In this document: positions 51,960-64,000 of the stretch, piece by piece | Position numbering within the stretch: position 1 is the stretch's first letter | Layout of the letters: the number at the start of each line of letters is the position of its first letter | Assembly (NCBI GenBank): GCA_026770705.1 | Contig: JANJGN010000035.1 | Coordinates: 7,254,001 to 7,318,000 of the forward strand | Source of the DNA: Isurus oxyrinchus | Lineage: Eukaryota | Direction of reading: 5' to 3' | DNA: 64,000 bases | Notes under the pieces: model-generated | Told to the model about the DNA's origin: nothing | Databases searched by the model: none | Seen by the model: only the letters and a program-made list of their open reading frames with translations | Made by a program: the position numbers and the translations under genes

Positions 51960-54100
51960 ATGGTGCACATTGTCTGCCTCGTACGCTCTTCATCTTACCA
52001 CCATTATCATTTTCTGCAATCAGTTTGTGGACCCGCTTCTGTGCAAAAGATTGGCACGCATTTACAAGAAGAACGACATATCCCTGAATATCTCATGATT
52101 CCCCGTTTACTTACAGGGACAGGGAATTCCTGCAAGGCCTTTAATTTCTGCGCTCTTGGCAATGTTTAGCCCGACAATATTCACTAAAAAAATTACTTGC
52201 GCTTTTGTGAAAACACTTTTGCGAGGTTTGTTACGAGATCTGCCTACTGCAGTTCGTTAACTAAGGCACGCAATTGCTTGAAATGGTCTTCCTCCGTGTT
52301 GCTGTAGACCAATGCATCATCCAAGTAAGCCTTTCAGTAAGGCACCCTAGAGTCACCTGATCTTACATATTTGCAAAGTGGATGCAACATGTTTATTTTA
52401 TGAATGGCGTTACTCATCATTGACATAGACTATTGTGCGTGGCACAGGCCAGTCTCTCCTTTGCTTGCAATTTTAAAGGTACTTGACAGTACATTTTTAG
52501 CAAATGAATCTTGCTAAGGAGCGTGGCATTTACAACGCTGTCAATGGAATCCCATAGACGAGCAATTTTGTTGGGGTCCTGATTTGTTTTTACCGGATTC
52601 AACTTTAAATAAGCTGTACAGAACCTTGTTGTCCCATCAGGATTAGGTCTTAACATAACTGTAGATGTTCACCTGATTTCACTGGGCTCGATCTGGTGAT
52701 CTTCTAACAACTACAAATGAAAGTATACTCAAACGCTGTCAAATCGATTGGTATCATTTGTCCTTTGTGCCTTCTTTCGATGAGCATCCATCTTTCTGAC
52801 GATGACATTTTTCTGACTTTATTATTATCCAGATTAACCTCAGATGTTAGCAGAACTTGAGTGAACTCAATCACTGACTTTTCCAGAATTTAATCATCTG
52901 CCTGTTTCTTAGACAATTAAGCGACTTTGCCTCCAAAGCCTCTTTTGTTGCACTTCGTTGCTTTTTCAGCTATTGCCTATGTTTTGCACTGGAAAATGCC
53001 TCTTGGGAAATTAAGCATTGCCGTGTCTTCTCTGTCAAGTGATAATTCACTTAACTTTAGGTGTGCAGAGAGTTTTTTTATTTCTCGTCAATCTTTTCCA
53101 GATTACTTATTTAGGAGTGGAAACTCGAAGTACATGAAAGTCGTTTGGCGGTTTTTCATTTTTTTTCTGCCTTCTGTGTGTCAAATATATATTCCATTCC
53201 CTTAGCCAGTTTCACCCAATGTCTGCTACAAACAATAAGTATAATATCAAGTTTTGTCTTCGGCAGTTTACCCTGTCTTTACATGTGCCATTGGCCTGTA
53301 TGTCTTCTCCAAAGAAAGTTTTAATGTTAGAATCTGTTTCTTCCAAAATTAATTTGGATTCCATTGTTGTACAACTATGCAATTGTATGCTCACCTATCA
53401 CCCTAGTGGATTTTTGGATTCTCCTTCATTCACCTTTATCTTAATCGGCCTCTCATTCGCTCTCTGGACTATTAAATAGGCTATGTAATTCATAAGTTTA
53501 AATTATACAACATATAAATATCTCAATCTTTTACTTCAGGCTTTGGAATGTGTTAGCTATCGTTGTTTTTTTTTTAACTTTTGCTTGAGGCTCTGCCTGA
53601 TTCAATCTTTACAATATATGGTGAGACAGAAATCCATTGTCTTTTTTTTTTAAATGTGGTTCATTTCAAGGTTGTTTGCTTTCACCTCTGTTACTATTAT
53701 GACATTTTGGGCGGTTAAGATTTCTTGTTTAATTTACATTCTAGCGAGGACTGCTTCCGCTTCCGAGCACGCTACTCTTTTAAATTTACAGTCTATTTGT
53801 CTGACACACTCCACCCAATGTGGAATACGACACCATGTTTCGCTCTCTGTTTGGCTTTCCAGGACCGCTCTGCAACTTACATTGCAAGAGCAATTTCCAT
53901 TCCCTTCTGAAATTAAAAATTTGTTTCAGAGAGTCATCTTTTCTGAATCGCATCTTCATTTATGTCACACACCATACGACCTCTAAGCATATCATTGATT
54001 AACCTACCAAACTCAGAAAATTCTGTTAACCATTTCAGACTTGACTTTAAAAAACGAACTATCTCTTGCATTACTCCTTAAATTAAATTTGAAATGTTGC
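51960..54100 (-). mobile_element. Decayed Ty3/Gypsy (Gmr1-like) retrotransposon
   Basis: ORF 52417-52656: PNPDGTTRFCTAYLKLN...RLWDSIDSVVNATLLSKIHLLKMYCQVPL = Gypsy RT; AYLDD at ~52320; upstream boundary approximate. Confidence 0.8.
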
Positions 54101-54424
54101 ATCATTACTGAAAGCGTTACCTGGTAATGACACTTTAAGAGATTCATTAAGTCATGAAAACATTTCGAATCTGGCCATTGGGCGTCATTGTGGAGAGGAG
54201 AGTGAATGAATCCGCATGTATTAATTCATGGATAAGAAAATCACATGTTTCTGCTCTTTCCTCACAATGCTGTTCGCCACAAAGGAGAGGGAAGGAGGTT
54301 GAACATAAAGACATCAATCACCCGGGGCGGATCGAAAGGTTTCACTTTTCCAAATTGTGGCATGCTCTGAGGGGATTGCTTCGACGATGAGGATAGGAAA
54401 TTTACTTCCTTATAATTACCGTGC

Positions 54425-57190
54425 GAGGTTTATATTCATTCAGAGGAATTGAGCTTCGCTGGCTGAGCCACCATGTCTGGCACATTGCTACTTTCCCTTG
54501 AGAAGGTGGTGGTGAGCTGTCATCTTAAGCTGCTGCAGTCCATTGGTGAAGATAAACTCCCAGTATTATTAGGAAGGGAGTTCGAGGATTTCGAGACAGT
54601 AGCAGTGAAGGAATGAGGATAAATGGGCAAGCCAGGATAATGAGTGGCTTTGAGTGTAACTTCGAAGTGTTGTTCCAGTCTATCTGATGATCTTATCCTG
54701 CTAGATTCTAGACGTCATAAGTTTGCAAGATGCTGTCGAAGGAGCCTTGGCGAATTCCTGCAATACAGCTTCTCGATGATACACAATGCTGCAAAGTTGT
54801 GCCTGTGGAGAAGGGAGTGATGTGGATATGCTACAAATCCAGACGGGTAATTTGCCTGGATTCTGTCAAGCTTCCTCAGTGTTATGGGTGCAGCACTGAC
54901 GCAGGCATGTGGGGAAGAATCTACATTCACCTGACTTGTCAATTGTAGACAGTGGACAAACTCCGTTTTGTCAGGAGGTTAGTTATTTGTCACAGCATTC
55001 TTAGCTTCTGAAAAGATTTTGTAGCCACAGACTTTATATGAATATTTCAGGTTAGTTTGTATTCAATCGTAACACCCAGCTTGTCGGTAGTTTGGGAATT
55101 CAGTAATGGAAATGCCGCTGAGCACCTTGGGCCATGGTTTGTTCCTCTCTTGCTGGAAAGAACCATTGCCTGACACTTGTGTTGTACGAATGTTGGTTGC
55201 CATTTGTCAGACCAAGCCAAGATGTTGTACAGGTGTTTTTGCACTTGGACAAAGGCTGCTTCAGTATCTGAAGAGTTGTGAATGCTGGTGAACATTGTGC
55301 CATCATCTGTGAACATTCCTAGTTCCAACCCTATGATGGAAGGAAGGTAATTGACAAAGCAGTGGAACATGGTTTGACCGGAATATTGCCCCCAGTAACT
55401 CATGCAATGATGTCCTGGAATTGAGATGTTAGACCTCCAAAAAACACAACCATCTTCAATTGTTCTTGTTATGACTCCAAACAGCGTAGATCTGTCCTCT
55501 GATTCCCATTGACTCGTGTATTGCTAGTCAAATTGATGCTACAGTCAGTCAAATGCTGCCATGATTGCAAGGACAATCACTCTTACCTCACCTCGGGAGT
55601 TCATCTCTTTGCACTTATTTTACCGAAGGCTGAAATGGGGTCAGCGTCTTACTGGCCCTGATGGAACCCATATTCTGCGTCAGTTATTGCATTGATGAGC
55701 TTTCCATTACTTTATTTGTGATTGAGAAAAGATAGAGCGCTATTTGGCCATGCTAAATCAGTCCTGCTTCTTCCGTACATGACACACCCGTGCAATTTTA
55801 CACAGTGTTGGTTAAAAGCCAGTCTTGTAGCTGCACGGAACAGCTTAGCTAGTGGCAGGGCAAGTCATAAAGTACCAGCCGTCAGCAATGTTATCGGAAT
55901 GCTGTCGGTGCCAGAAGTATTTGCAATGTCCAATGCCTTCAGCCATTTTTTGACATCATTTGGAGTGAATTGAATTCGCTGAAGACTGGCATCCGTGATG
56001 CTGGTCTCCTTCGGTGGAGGCTGGGATGCATCATGCACTCCGTACTTGTGGTTGAAATTGCATATAGTGCATTAGTCTTATATGCCGCACTGATGTACTG
56101 GTCTCCTGCATCATTGTGGACGCGTACCTTTAAGGAGTGTCCTACTACAGTGGGTTGTTTACTTATGCACCACCATCCAGGACGCTATTTGGCTAGATTG
56201 GAGAGCTTAGAAGAGATCGTTTGGTTGTGGGATTGCTTATCAATTTCATCACTTGCTGCCTATGCTGCATTGCACGCAAGGGGTCCTCTGTTATAGCTCC
56301 ACAATGTTGACATCTCATTTGTATGCATGCATGGAGTTTGTCCTCGCATGCCCTCCTGCTCTATTCGTTGAATGAAGGTTGACACCCTGGTTGACAGTAA
56401 TGGTAGAATTTGCGGTATGGTGAGCCATTAGGTTACGGATTGCGTCCTGGCACAAATCTGCTGCTGCTGACAGCCCATGGCACCTCCATGATACCCAGAC
56501 TTGAATTTGTGCCTCCGTTCGAAATCTATCCCAATTGAAACGGTGGTCGTGCAACACAACACGATATAAGGTTTCATTCAAATTGAATATGAGACATTGT
56601 CTCCGCAATGACTGTGCGGTTGTCATTCCTAATGATACTGTCATGGGAAGGTGCATCTGTGGCTAGCAGATTGGCGAGGATGAGGTCAAAGATGTTTTTT
56701 TCCTCACCACAGGCCCACTCAAGCAGCTTTGCAATTTAATACCCTGCCCTCTCGGTCAGTAGTGGTGATACAGATCCACCCAGAATAAATTATGAGCCCT
56801 CACCATCTTCCGTGCTCCCTGAACTGCAGTTCAACATGGAGGAGCACTGATTCATCAGCTGATGGAGGGCGGTACGTGGTAATCAGCAGGATTTTCCCTT
56901 TCCCATGTTTGCCCTGTTAGCTTGAGGCTTCATGGGACCGGAAGCCGATGTTTAGTACTGCCAGTGCAAGTCACTCCGGCTTGAAACACACTATGCTGCC
57001 ACATGTGCTGTGCCTTTCCGCCAGGTGAGATAGGACATTCACAGGGACGGTGATGGTGGCCTCTGGGACATTTTTTTTTAATATTTTATGATTACGGGAG
57101 GATGACTATGCCATGCTATTGTTTGAACAGTCTGTGCGACACCTCTCCAAAGTTTGTTTCCCACTTGATGATCTCATCTCAGCTGCAGGT
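54425..57190 (-). mobile_element. Long decayed CR1-type LINE (second family, APE-RT-tail)
   Basis: ORF 55047-55403: FVNYLPSIIGLELGMFTDDGTMF...WSDKWQPTFVQHKCQAM; ORF 56315-56656: FNWDRFRTE; 3' tail at ~54430. Confidence 0.9.
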
Positions 57191-57444
57191 TAGAAGCACG
57201 TCGTATCGAGTCGGTTATTTTTTTATTTTAAAGTTTCACGCCTGATGTGATTCACACTTTGAATGTATCTTGTTGACTTTAACCCTTGTAATTGCACTTT
57301 GAGCGCGTGTTTATATTGTCTCATCAGGAAATTAAATGCACATTTATAAAACGATGGTGTGCTCCTGTTCTTTTGACCCAAAGGGCCATGGCATTTTCTA
57401 AAACGAGCGTCCAGACATCTGGAAGACCGCCTGATTTGTTCACG

Positions 57445-57905
57445 CCCTTTGATCATAGGGGGATGTTCGCTGAAGATTGCACAATGTTCAGCACCATTCC
57501 CGAATGCTCGGATACTGAATCAGTCCATGTACATATTCTGCAGGATCTGGACAATATTCAGTCTAGACTGACAAGTGCCAAGTAATATGCACATCACACA
57601 ATTGTCTGACAATTACCTTCTCCAACAATAAAGAGTCTAACAATCATCCCTTGATATTCAGTGGAATTACCATCGCTGAATAAAATCAATATTAAAGTTC
57701 TGGGTTTCAACATAGAGCAGAAGTGAGTCGGGACTCTCCATGCAAATATTGTGGTCAAACGAGCAGTTTAGAGGCTAGGTAACCTGTGACGTGTAACTCA
57801 CCTCTAGAAACCCCAAAGTATGTCCAGCATCTACAGGGTATAATCCGTGTCTTTGAATGTGCTGCACTTCCCTGCTTGAGTGCATTTCCAGTAAACCTCA
57901 AAAAA
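57445..57905 (+). mobile_element. CR1-type LINE RT fragment
   Basis: GMFAEDCTMFSTI...QDLDNIQ. Confidence 0.85.
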
Positions 57906-57924
57906 GCTATACAAAAAACAATGT

Positions 57925-58196
57925 TCCCAAGGGTTCGGCTCAGTCGGCCTCAAGCACATTTTTTCCTTTTCATTATTTTTTCTGTCTTCACAGTGGCTAA
58001 AGAGCTGCCACTTCATCCATTGCCTGGCAAATCTCTAAAGCGGGACTCCCACGCGAGTGAGGGGCAGAGTCCCACCGAAACCAATTAACTTTGGAACAGA
58101 AAACAAAATGGAAAAACGGAATATTCAGTTGTCTTCCGCACAAATTATTTGCATATGGTTTCTGTTCTTTTCGAAAGACGAGGACCCATCTGCAAG
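57925..58196 (+). pseudogene. Decayed C1-set constant exon (IgH/TCR-like)
   Basis: PRVRLSRP (A strand), QWLK (W at 57994), NQLTLEQKTKWKNGIFSCLPH (cf. SQLTV..EWxxGxxFSCxVxH; W to C 136 nt), phase-1 donor G|gtgagt. Confidence 0.55.
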
Positions 58197-60869
58197 GTGA
58201 GTTAAAGCCCCTGGGCGTGTTAATTTCATTTGCTGCGCTTCTGATATCCCGGAAGTTCCTCTCTGCAAAGAATCACAGCAACTTTCCTCTCTTATCAATC
58301 TGCTGCCCCATCAACCCTAACAATAAACAAGCCTTGCTAGAGCTTTCCCAAAGACTCCAGTGCATTGCTGTAACAAGCATATCTGTAGTTCTGCGCCAAA
58401 ATTAGCATTATGAATTGACACTTGCCAACATGAATCCATCTTGAACTGCCCATTCACTGTCAGTTTACCTTCTTCATCTCCGGGAATTGCCCATTCACTC
58501 TTAACTTCCCTTCTTCAGTTCAGAGCAACTTACATGGCAAGGCATCAGATGCAAAATGTGTAATTTTACACTCTCGATTTCCGACATATGACATCGTAAA
58601 CAACCATTCCAGATGAGCCAACAATTAACATAAACCTAAATTCATTCTCCTTTACAAGTTAATGTAGTTAGCGTTTTGCTCCTTTTGTACATTCTACAAC
58701 TAGAGAATAAACACAGATTGGTTGAAATATTCCCGGACATATCAATCCATTCAGCAACAGTGTCCCTGAGCTTCCAGTTTTCTCTGATTTCATTTTTCAC
58801 CATTCTTTTTCGTTAAATGTGTCATCAGTGTCTTGCAATCCTCTACTGCGCCCGAATATATGTACAGGAATTGCAATTAAGCACTTTACAAGATTGCCGA
58901 CTCAGCATTGAGATCAACATTTTCAGATCGTACCCTCAGCCTAAAAAATTTGGAACAGCACCTGTAGTACTTTTTTCTGGTATTTCCCACTTACACCACC
59001 CATGAAACCATATTTTATTACACTAATGGTGTTCAGTTAACAACCCATTTAGCACTACGCTATCATCCTGCTGGCCAATTTATCTCTCCTGCGTTTACCT
59101 CCCACAGATCAAAGTTTTTTGAAACCCTTGCCCACCCCACCATTACGCCCTTCTCCGTATGCATAGAATTTGTCAAATAAATGAACATTTACGTTTCTGC
59201 GGATTGAATACTTAACTGAATCCCCTTTGCATATGCTGCTGATGATCTGACTGTTTAGAATATTTAATATTTCCATCCTGTATTTCAATAAAGCTAAGAT
59301 TATATCAGTGCACAATATCTAAGGGCATTTGTTCTGTATGCCATCATTACCTGTTAGTAACCCTGCATCGATGCAGATTTAGTCTGTCAATAAACTGTGA
59401 TGTATTTGCCCCGGTCTGTTTTTTGACACAGAATTGGTGTAGCCAAATTCTGTGGATGATGCTTGCTATCACACAGCAACACTGTCCAAAGTTGATGAGA
59501 GTTGATCTGAGTGTTCAATGGGACATTATAGAGGATATTTTACTCTACAAGCAAATATCCAGTACATGAACAGGGGAAAAAAAAAACACTTGGATCTGTA
59601 CAGATGGTAATTTACACTGTAGCTAAAACGCAGTGTATCTGAGCTGGGAGTACTTACTTGAAAAGTTTGGAGAGTCCTTACCTCTATTTGTGGTTATTCA
59701 GCTTTTCGGGAGCCCCTTCTTGGCTGAAGGGGTCTGGCAGTGCAGTTAGTGGCATCTCTTCTGCTGAGCCAATTAGATCCGCATTCATGTCTTGCTTCTG
59801 AACTCGCTGTCTGTGGATGAAATTATGTTAATAATGTTGCCAAACAGATTGATCACCAGCTTTCAGTGGTGTGTGCAATAAAATGATCCAATTATCTTTG
59901 AAAAAACAGTAATGTGGTTTACGAGAAAAGCTTCACATATTCCTGAGATGGAATGAGTGTGCCCTCTTTAGCTTCTCATCCGCAGTGAGGTAGCCACAAT
60001 TTCATTCAGAAACTTCCAGTATAGCTTGTTTATTTGTTTACTTTTAGCTGTCATGCTCTCAGATAATTCGGTATATTAGAAAGGTAATGGGAGCCATTCT
60101 CCTCTGCAATGTAGAGTACTTTGTTTCATCTGGAAGGGGTGAGCCCTATCCGCATGTATCACCACTGGATGCAGACATAACCGTGAGTTGCATAAAAAAA
60201 ATGTGAAAATCTATCCTCGTGTTACGAGCATGTCAACTATGTTACCTTGTTCAATTTCTCCCATTGATAGCAGTGCGTCTCTATAACGTGGAAGTGTCTA
60301 ACTGGAGTAAGTTCTCTCCTGGATCTTATCATATTGATTGCTCTCATATTCGCCTCGATGATGATTGCAAACAGTTACTATAACGGTATACACTATCCTT
60401 TTTTTCGGGCTACTGACAACAGATACACACGTTATCTTCGAGTGGCATGCATTCCAACTCAAAGATACTTTATAGCTAATACGTTTCGACGTTGATGGAG
60501 AAAAGGATATCACAATCACTGTCATGTATAAAATGATAGAATGACAAAAATGCGGTGAGGCCAAGTGTGAGAAACAAAACATCAGAGACGGGTTTACAAT
60601 TAGAAAAAGCACCCGCGAGGAACTGGGGAAACATGCAACAAAGTAATGTAACGAGAGATCTAAAAAACAAGGGACAGATGTATGAAAGGTAACATAAGGG
60701 GCAACAGAGACATAGAGAAAGAAAGGGAGAGAGACAGATAGACATGGGCAACAGAGAAAAGAGCCAGCGAGAAAGAGAGAGAAAGACTGAAATAGATTAT
60801 TATGCTACTTAGAAAAAAATGAGTAGTTACAGCCCAAATCTTACTTTTCAAACTCAGCAGAATTATTTC

Positions 60870-61198
60870 TTTGTAGCATTCAATGGTTGTGTATGACTGC
60901 ATTGCCAAAGCCTAATTTGCCTTGTTTAGATAACATTTAAACGTCAACCACACGGTCGGTTTCGAGTCAAGTATAAGCCTGATGAGGTAAGGAAGATATT
61001 TTTCCTTCTCGAAAGAACATTAGTGAAACAGAAGGTGCTTTACCAAAATCGATAACGGTTCCTTAGTCATCCTAAGGTTTTCAATTCCAGGCTTTTAATG
61101 ACCAAATCCCACCTGCTGCTGAGTAGGGAGTCAAGCACACGTCACCATAGCATTACTCTGGCTTTCTGCATTACTGATAATACAAGTATGTCACCAGA
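60870..61198 (-). mobile_element. Decayed SINE of the 25139 family
   Basis: gtcaaccacac...tcgagtcaag...cattagtgaaac...catagcattactctgg, reverse of the family body. Confidence 0.65.
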
Positions 61199-61630
61199 CT
61201 TAAATAATACCTAATTTAGGGTTTATCAGAAAATTGTAAATACTTGTTAGGGAATTGAGTTTGGATAATTTCTGCCGTTTTAGCTTGGCCAGTGTAAAGT
61301 AATACTGGGCCGTGACTGAAGGTAAAAATAAAAACCGCATTTTCAGCACAAAATCAACACTATTGAGGAGGGAGGGAAAAAAAAAAAATGGGAGCAAATC
61401 GTGATTACGCCCAATGTGTTTCTATTGAGAAAAATTGCACTGTCTGTCTTTGCTGTTACTTCTCTGATTCGTAGTCTCTTCCTGTCTTCGCTTTACCCAC
61501 TACCATATTAAAATTCAAGGCATACTGTATGCAAATGTTTTTCTCTCGAAAATGTATCTCATCATATATTGCATTTATGTAAACCATTCTATAAAAGTAT
61601 TATTTTTTCACACACAACTCTAAGAAGCTT

Positions 61631-61836
61631 ATAAAAACAAACAACTGCGGATGCTGGAAATCCAAAACAAAAGCGGAATTACCTGGAAAAACTCCGCAGG
61701 TCAGGCAGCATCGGCGGAGAAGAAAAGAGTTGATGGGTTCTGTTGAAGGGTCATGAGGACTCGACACGTCAACTCGGTGCGTCTCCGCAGATGCTGCCAA
61801 ACCTGCTGAGTTTTTCCAGGTAATTCTGTTTTTGTT
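61631..61836. mobile_element. Second copy of the palindromic Penelope-derived element
   Basis: Inverted arms aattacctggaaaaactc / gagtttttccaggtaatt; hammerhead-like motif 61736-61774 (CUGUUGA...GACA); degenerate ~13-bp flanking repeat (10/13). Confidence 0.8.
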
Positions 61837-62635
61837 CTATAAAACTTATTTTTATCAGTGTGTCTTCAGAGCAGGAAATGAGCGGAAACACAAAAAGAAA
61901 GTGTGCGTAGTGAAACTAAACCTCTGTGGTGCCTAACTCCAAGATTCCATGATTATATGAGATGTGTAGATCGAAAACAATGTAAACTCTGTTTTCTTGG
62001 GAAATGAGATAACCTATACATCAGACGTCTCATTTCCACTTGACTGTTCCATTACTGATGTTCAGCCTTCTCTTATTGCGCACCAAATAATACAAACTCT
62101 CCATGCTTCCAGCACCCTAATGGTGATACTAAAACATTTTCACACAATATTTTGCTTCATTTTCACGGGACTCATATCCTGACTGTGTTATAATCTTTAC
62201 CTGCCACACACAGCCCTAGCTTTATGTACTGTGTAAGCTAAAATTTTGAACTCAATCGATCAGAAAAAAAGTGATGCATTTCGCTCCCATGAATTTCCCA
62301 TTACATTGGGCCGGATACCATAACAAGCACCCAGAAATACGAGCTTAACGTTGTGTTGCAAGATTTCTATACAATGAAGAATTTGCTTCAGCACCAAATG
62401 CTGTCAATTTTTCCTCTTTTATTTTGAAGCGAGTTACTCTAAATTTTCTGAGCCTCGAAACTGCAAGCAATGGAAATGATATATATGTAAACGAGTGTTC
62501 CAGGATGCTAAAGGTGGGGATATTCTGCAAATATAATGCCAATGATTTCAAAGGGGAGAAGGTTAGAGTCTCTATTTTTTTTTTGGTGAAGGTCACTGAC
62601 GTCGTGCGTATATAATTTCTATTTTTATTAGTTTA

Positions 62636-62985
62636 ATTAATGAGCCCTCATCACTGAAACAGGCCAGAAACTATTGGCTATCCCCAAGTGCCATTGGTAC
62701 GAGGGCATATATGATTCAAACAGATTACTGTAGTTCGTGGAGCCGCATCTACGCCACAGCAAGTAAGAGCTGCAGATTTCCTTCCAGAATAGGTCATTAC
62801 TGAACCAGGTGGGTTTTCAACAATTGCTAAATGGTCATCAACATTCAACATTTAATTCAATATTTTCAATGAATTCAAACTCACCATCTGTGGTGATCGG
62901 ATTCGAGCCTGTGTCAACAACCTTTTGCGTCAGGCCCCTCACCTTCAACTAATTGCCCAGTGACAATATCACTATGCCATCGACT
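62636..62985 (-). mobile_element. Decayed SINE of the 25139 family
   Basis: gcagatttccttcc, gaattcaaactcaccatctg, ggattcgagcc, ccagtgacaatatcactatgccatcgactccc. Confidence 0.75.
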
Positions 62986-63029
62986 CCCAAACAGCTTACG
63001 CCTTAATGGTTTCTGCTCTTCTTATATTT

Positions 63030-64000
63030 GGCATTGACTTTTTCACTCGTGAGAAGTTCGGAACGGTGCTCAACATTTTTCAATCATCACCGAAAATTCC
63101 TCCTTCTGAGCCTTGATAGACCAAAGGCCATTGATGAAACAGCTGAAGACGGTTGGGTGTACAAATGTATTCAGATGAACTCCTGCAGTGATGTCCGGGG
63201 GCTGCCATGATTGATCGTCCACAACCAATACTAGCATCCCTTATGCTGGTTTTGACAAAAGGTTTGGAGAGTATTCCCCGATTACATTTAGCATCAATAT
63301 TCTTAGGAGTCCTTGATGTCAGAATTTGTCATCTGTGCACTCTCAGCTAATGATTGGAGTTGCACTCTTTTGTCGAAGTTTGAAGGAAAGCTGTAATTTT
63401 GTCAGGGGCTGAGCCGTGCTGCTGAAACCCAAATTGATTGTCAGTGACCAGTTTGAATAAATGTCCCGCAATAGTACGGTCGGCGGCACTTTCCAACACT
63501 TTAATGGTGAATAAGAATAAACAAATGTGGAGATAATTGGCCAGCAAGGATTCTTTTCTTTGTTTTCATTACGTGGTGAGGACACAGCTGGTCAATATTT
63601 CACATTACTGAGGTAATCCAAATTTTGCTTCCCAGCTGGAACAGCTTGGCTGGGTCGCAGCTTCTCCTGAAGCAGAAAACTTTAACACCATTCCCGGTAT
63701 GTTGCCAGTGCTAATAGTGTTTGCAGTATCCAGTATCTTCAGCTGTTTCCTTAGAGCAAGTGATACGAATTAGTAACAGACTGTAATTTGTGATGTTGGA
63801 AACGTTGGAGAGAGCTAGCCATAGTAGAGGGCGAGATGCTTTGGGGAAGATGGTAGCAAATGCTTCAGAATTTTCTTTCGAATTGATTTGATTGGCTCCT
63901 GCATTGTTGAGGTTTTTTTTTTGCTGACCTTAGTCATGCAAATTGTTCTTTGAACGTTCAACATAGCAGGCCGGATCAAGCGAGTTCAAAAAATTCTGAA
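63030..64000 (-). mobile_element. Decayed CR1-type LINE RT fragment
   Basis: ORF 63347-63547: ANYLHICLF...VTDNQFGFQQHGSAPDKITA. Confidence 0.8.

Noticed and set aside
62424-62615. RVTLNF...NDFKG V-like ORF
   Set aside because: No Trp or Cys anchors; truncated by a SINE
1-64000. CRISPR arrays, rRNA, tRNA genes, prokaryotic operons
   Set aside because: None seen; the DNA is vertebrate and the tRNA-like boxes belong to SINE heads

Overview
Eukaryotic, AT-rich DNA, very probably from a cartilaginous fish (shark), judged from its repeat families. No intact protein-coding gene is visible. Much of the window is heavily decayed retroelements: two CR1-type LINE families (one copy still has a zinc-finger/esterase ORF1), a Penelope-like element (RT + GIY-YIG), two Gmr1-type Gypsy remnants, tRNA-derived SINEs and GC-rich TIR elements. 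There are two assembly gaps. Two signals stand out. (1) Between the repeats lie many broken immunoglobulin-superfamily exons on both strands: V or V-J domains, C1 constant domains, 21-26 nt mini-exons and TCR-like TM segments. Several have good splice sites and fall in gene-like order, suggesting a graveyard of antigen-receptor-like genes with no convincing RSS. (2) Two young ~210-220 bp palindromic insertions carry a minimal type I hammerhead-ribozyme fold of the Penelope type with a variant core; one has a perfect 14-bp TSD. The IgSF calls are by-eye motif matches that need frameshifts or restored codons and must be confirmed by profile searches. Repeat boundaries are approximate.
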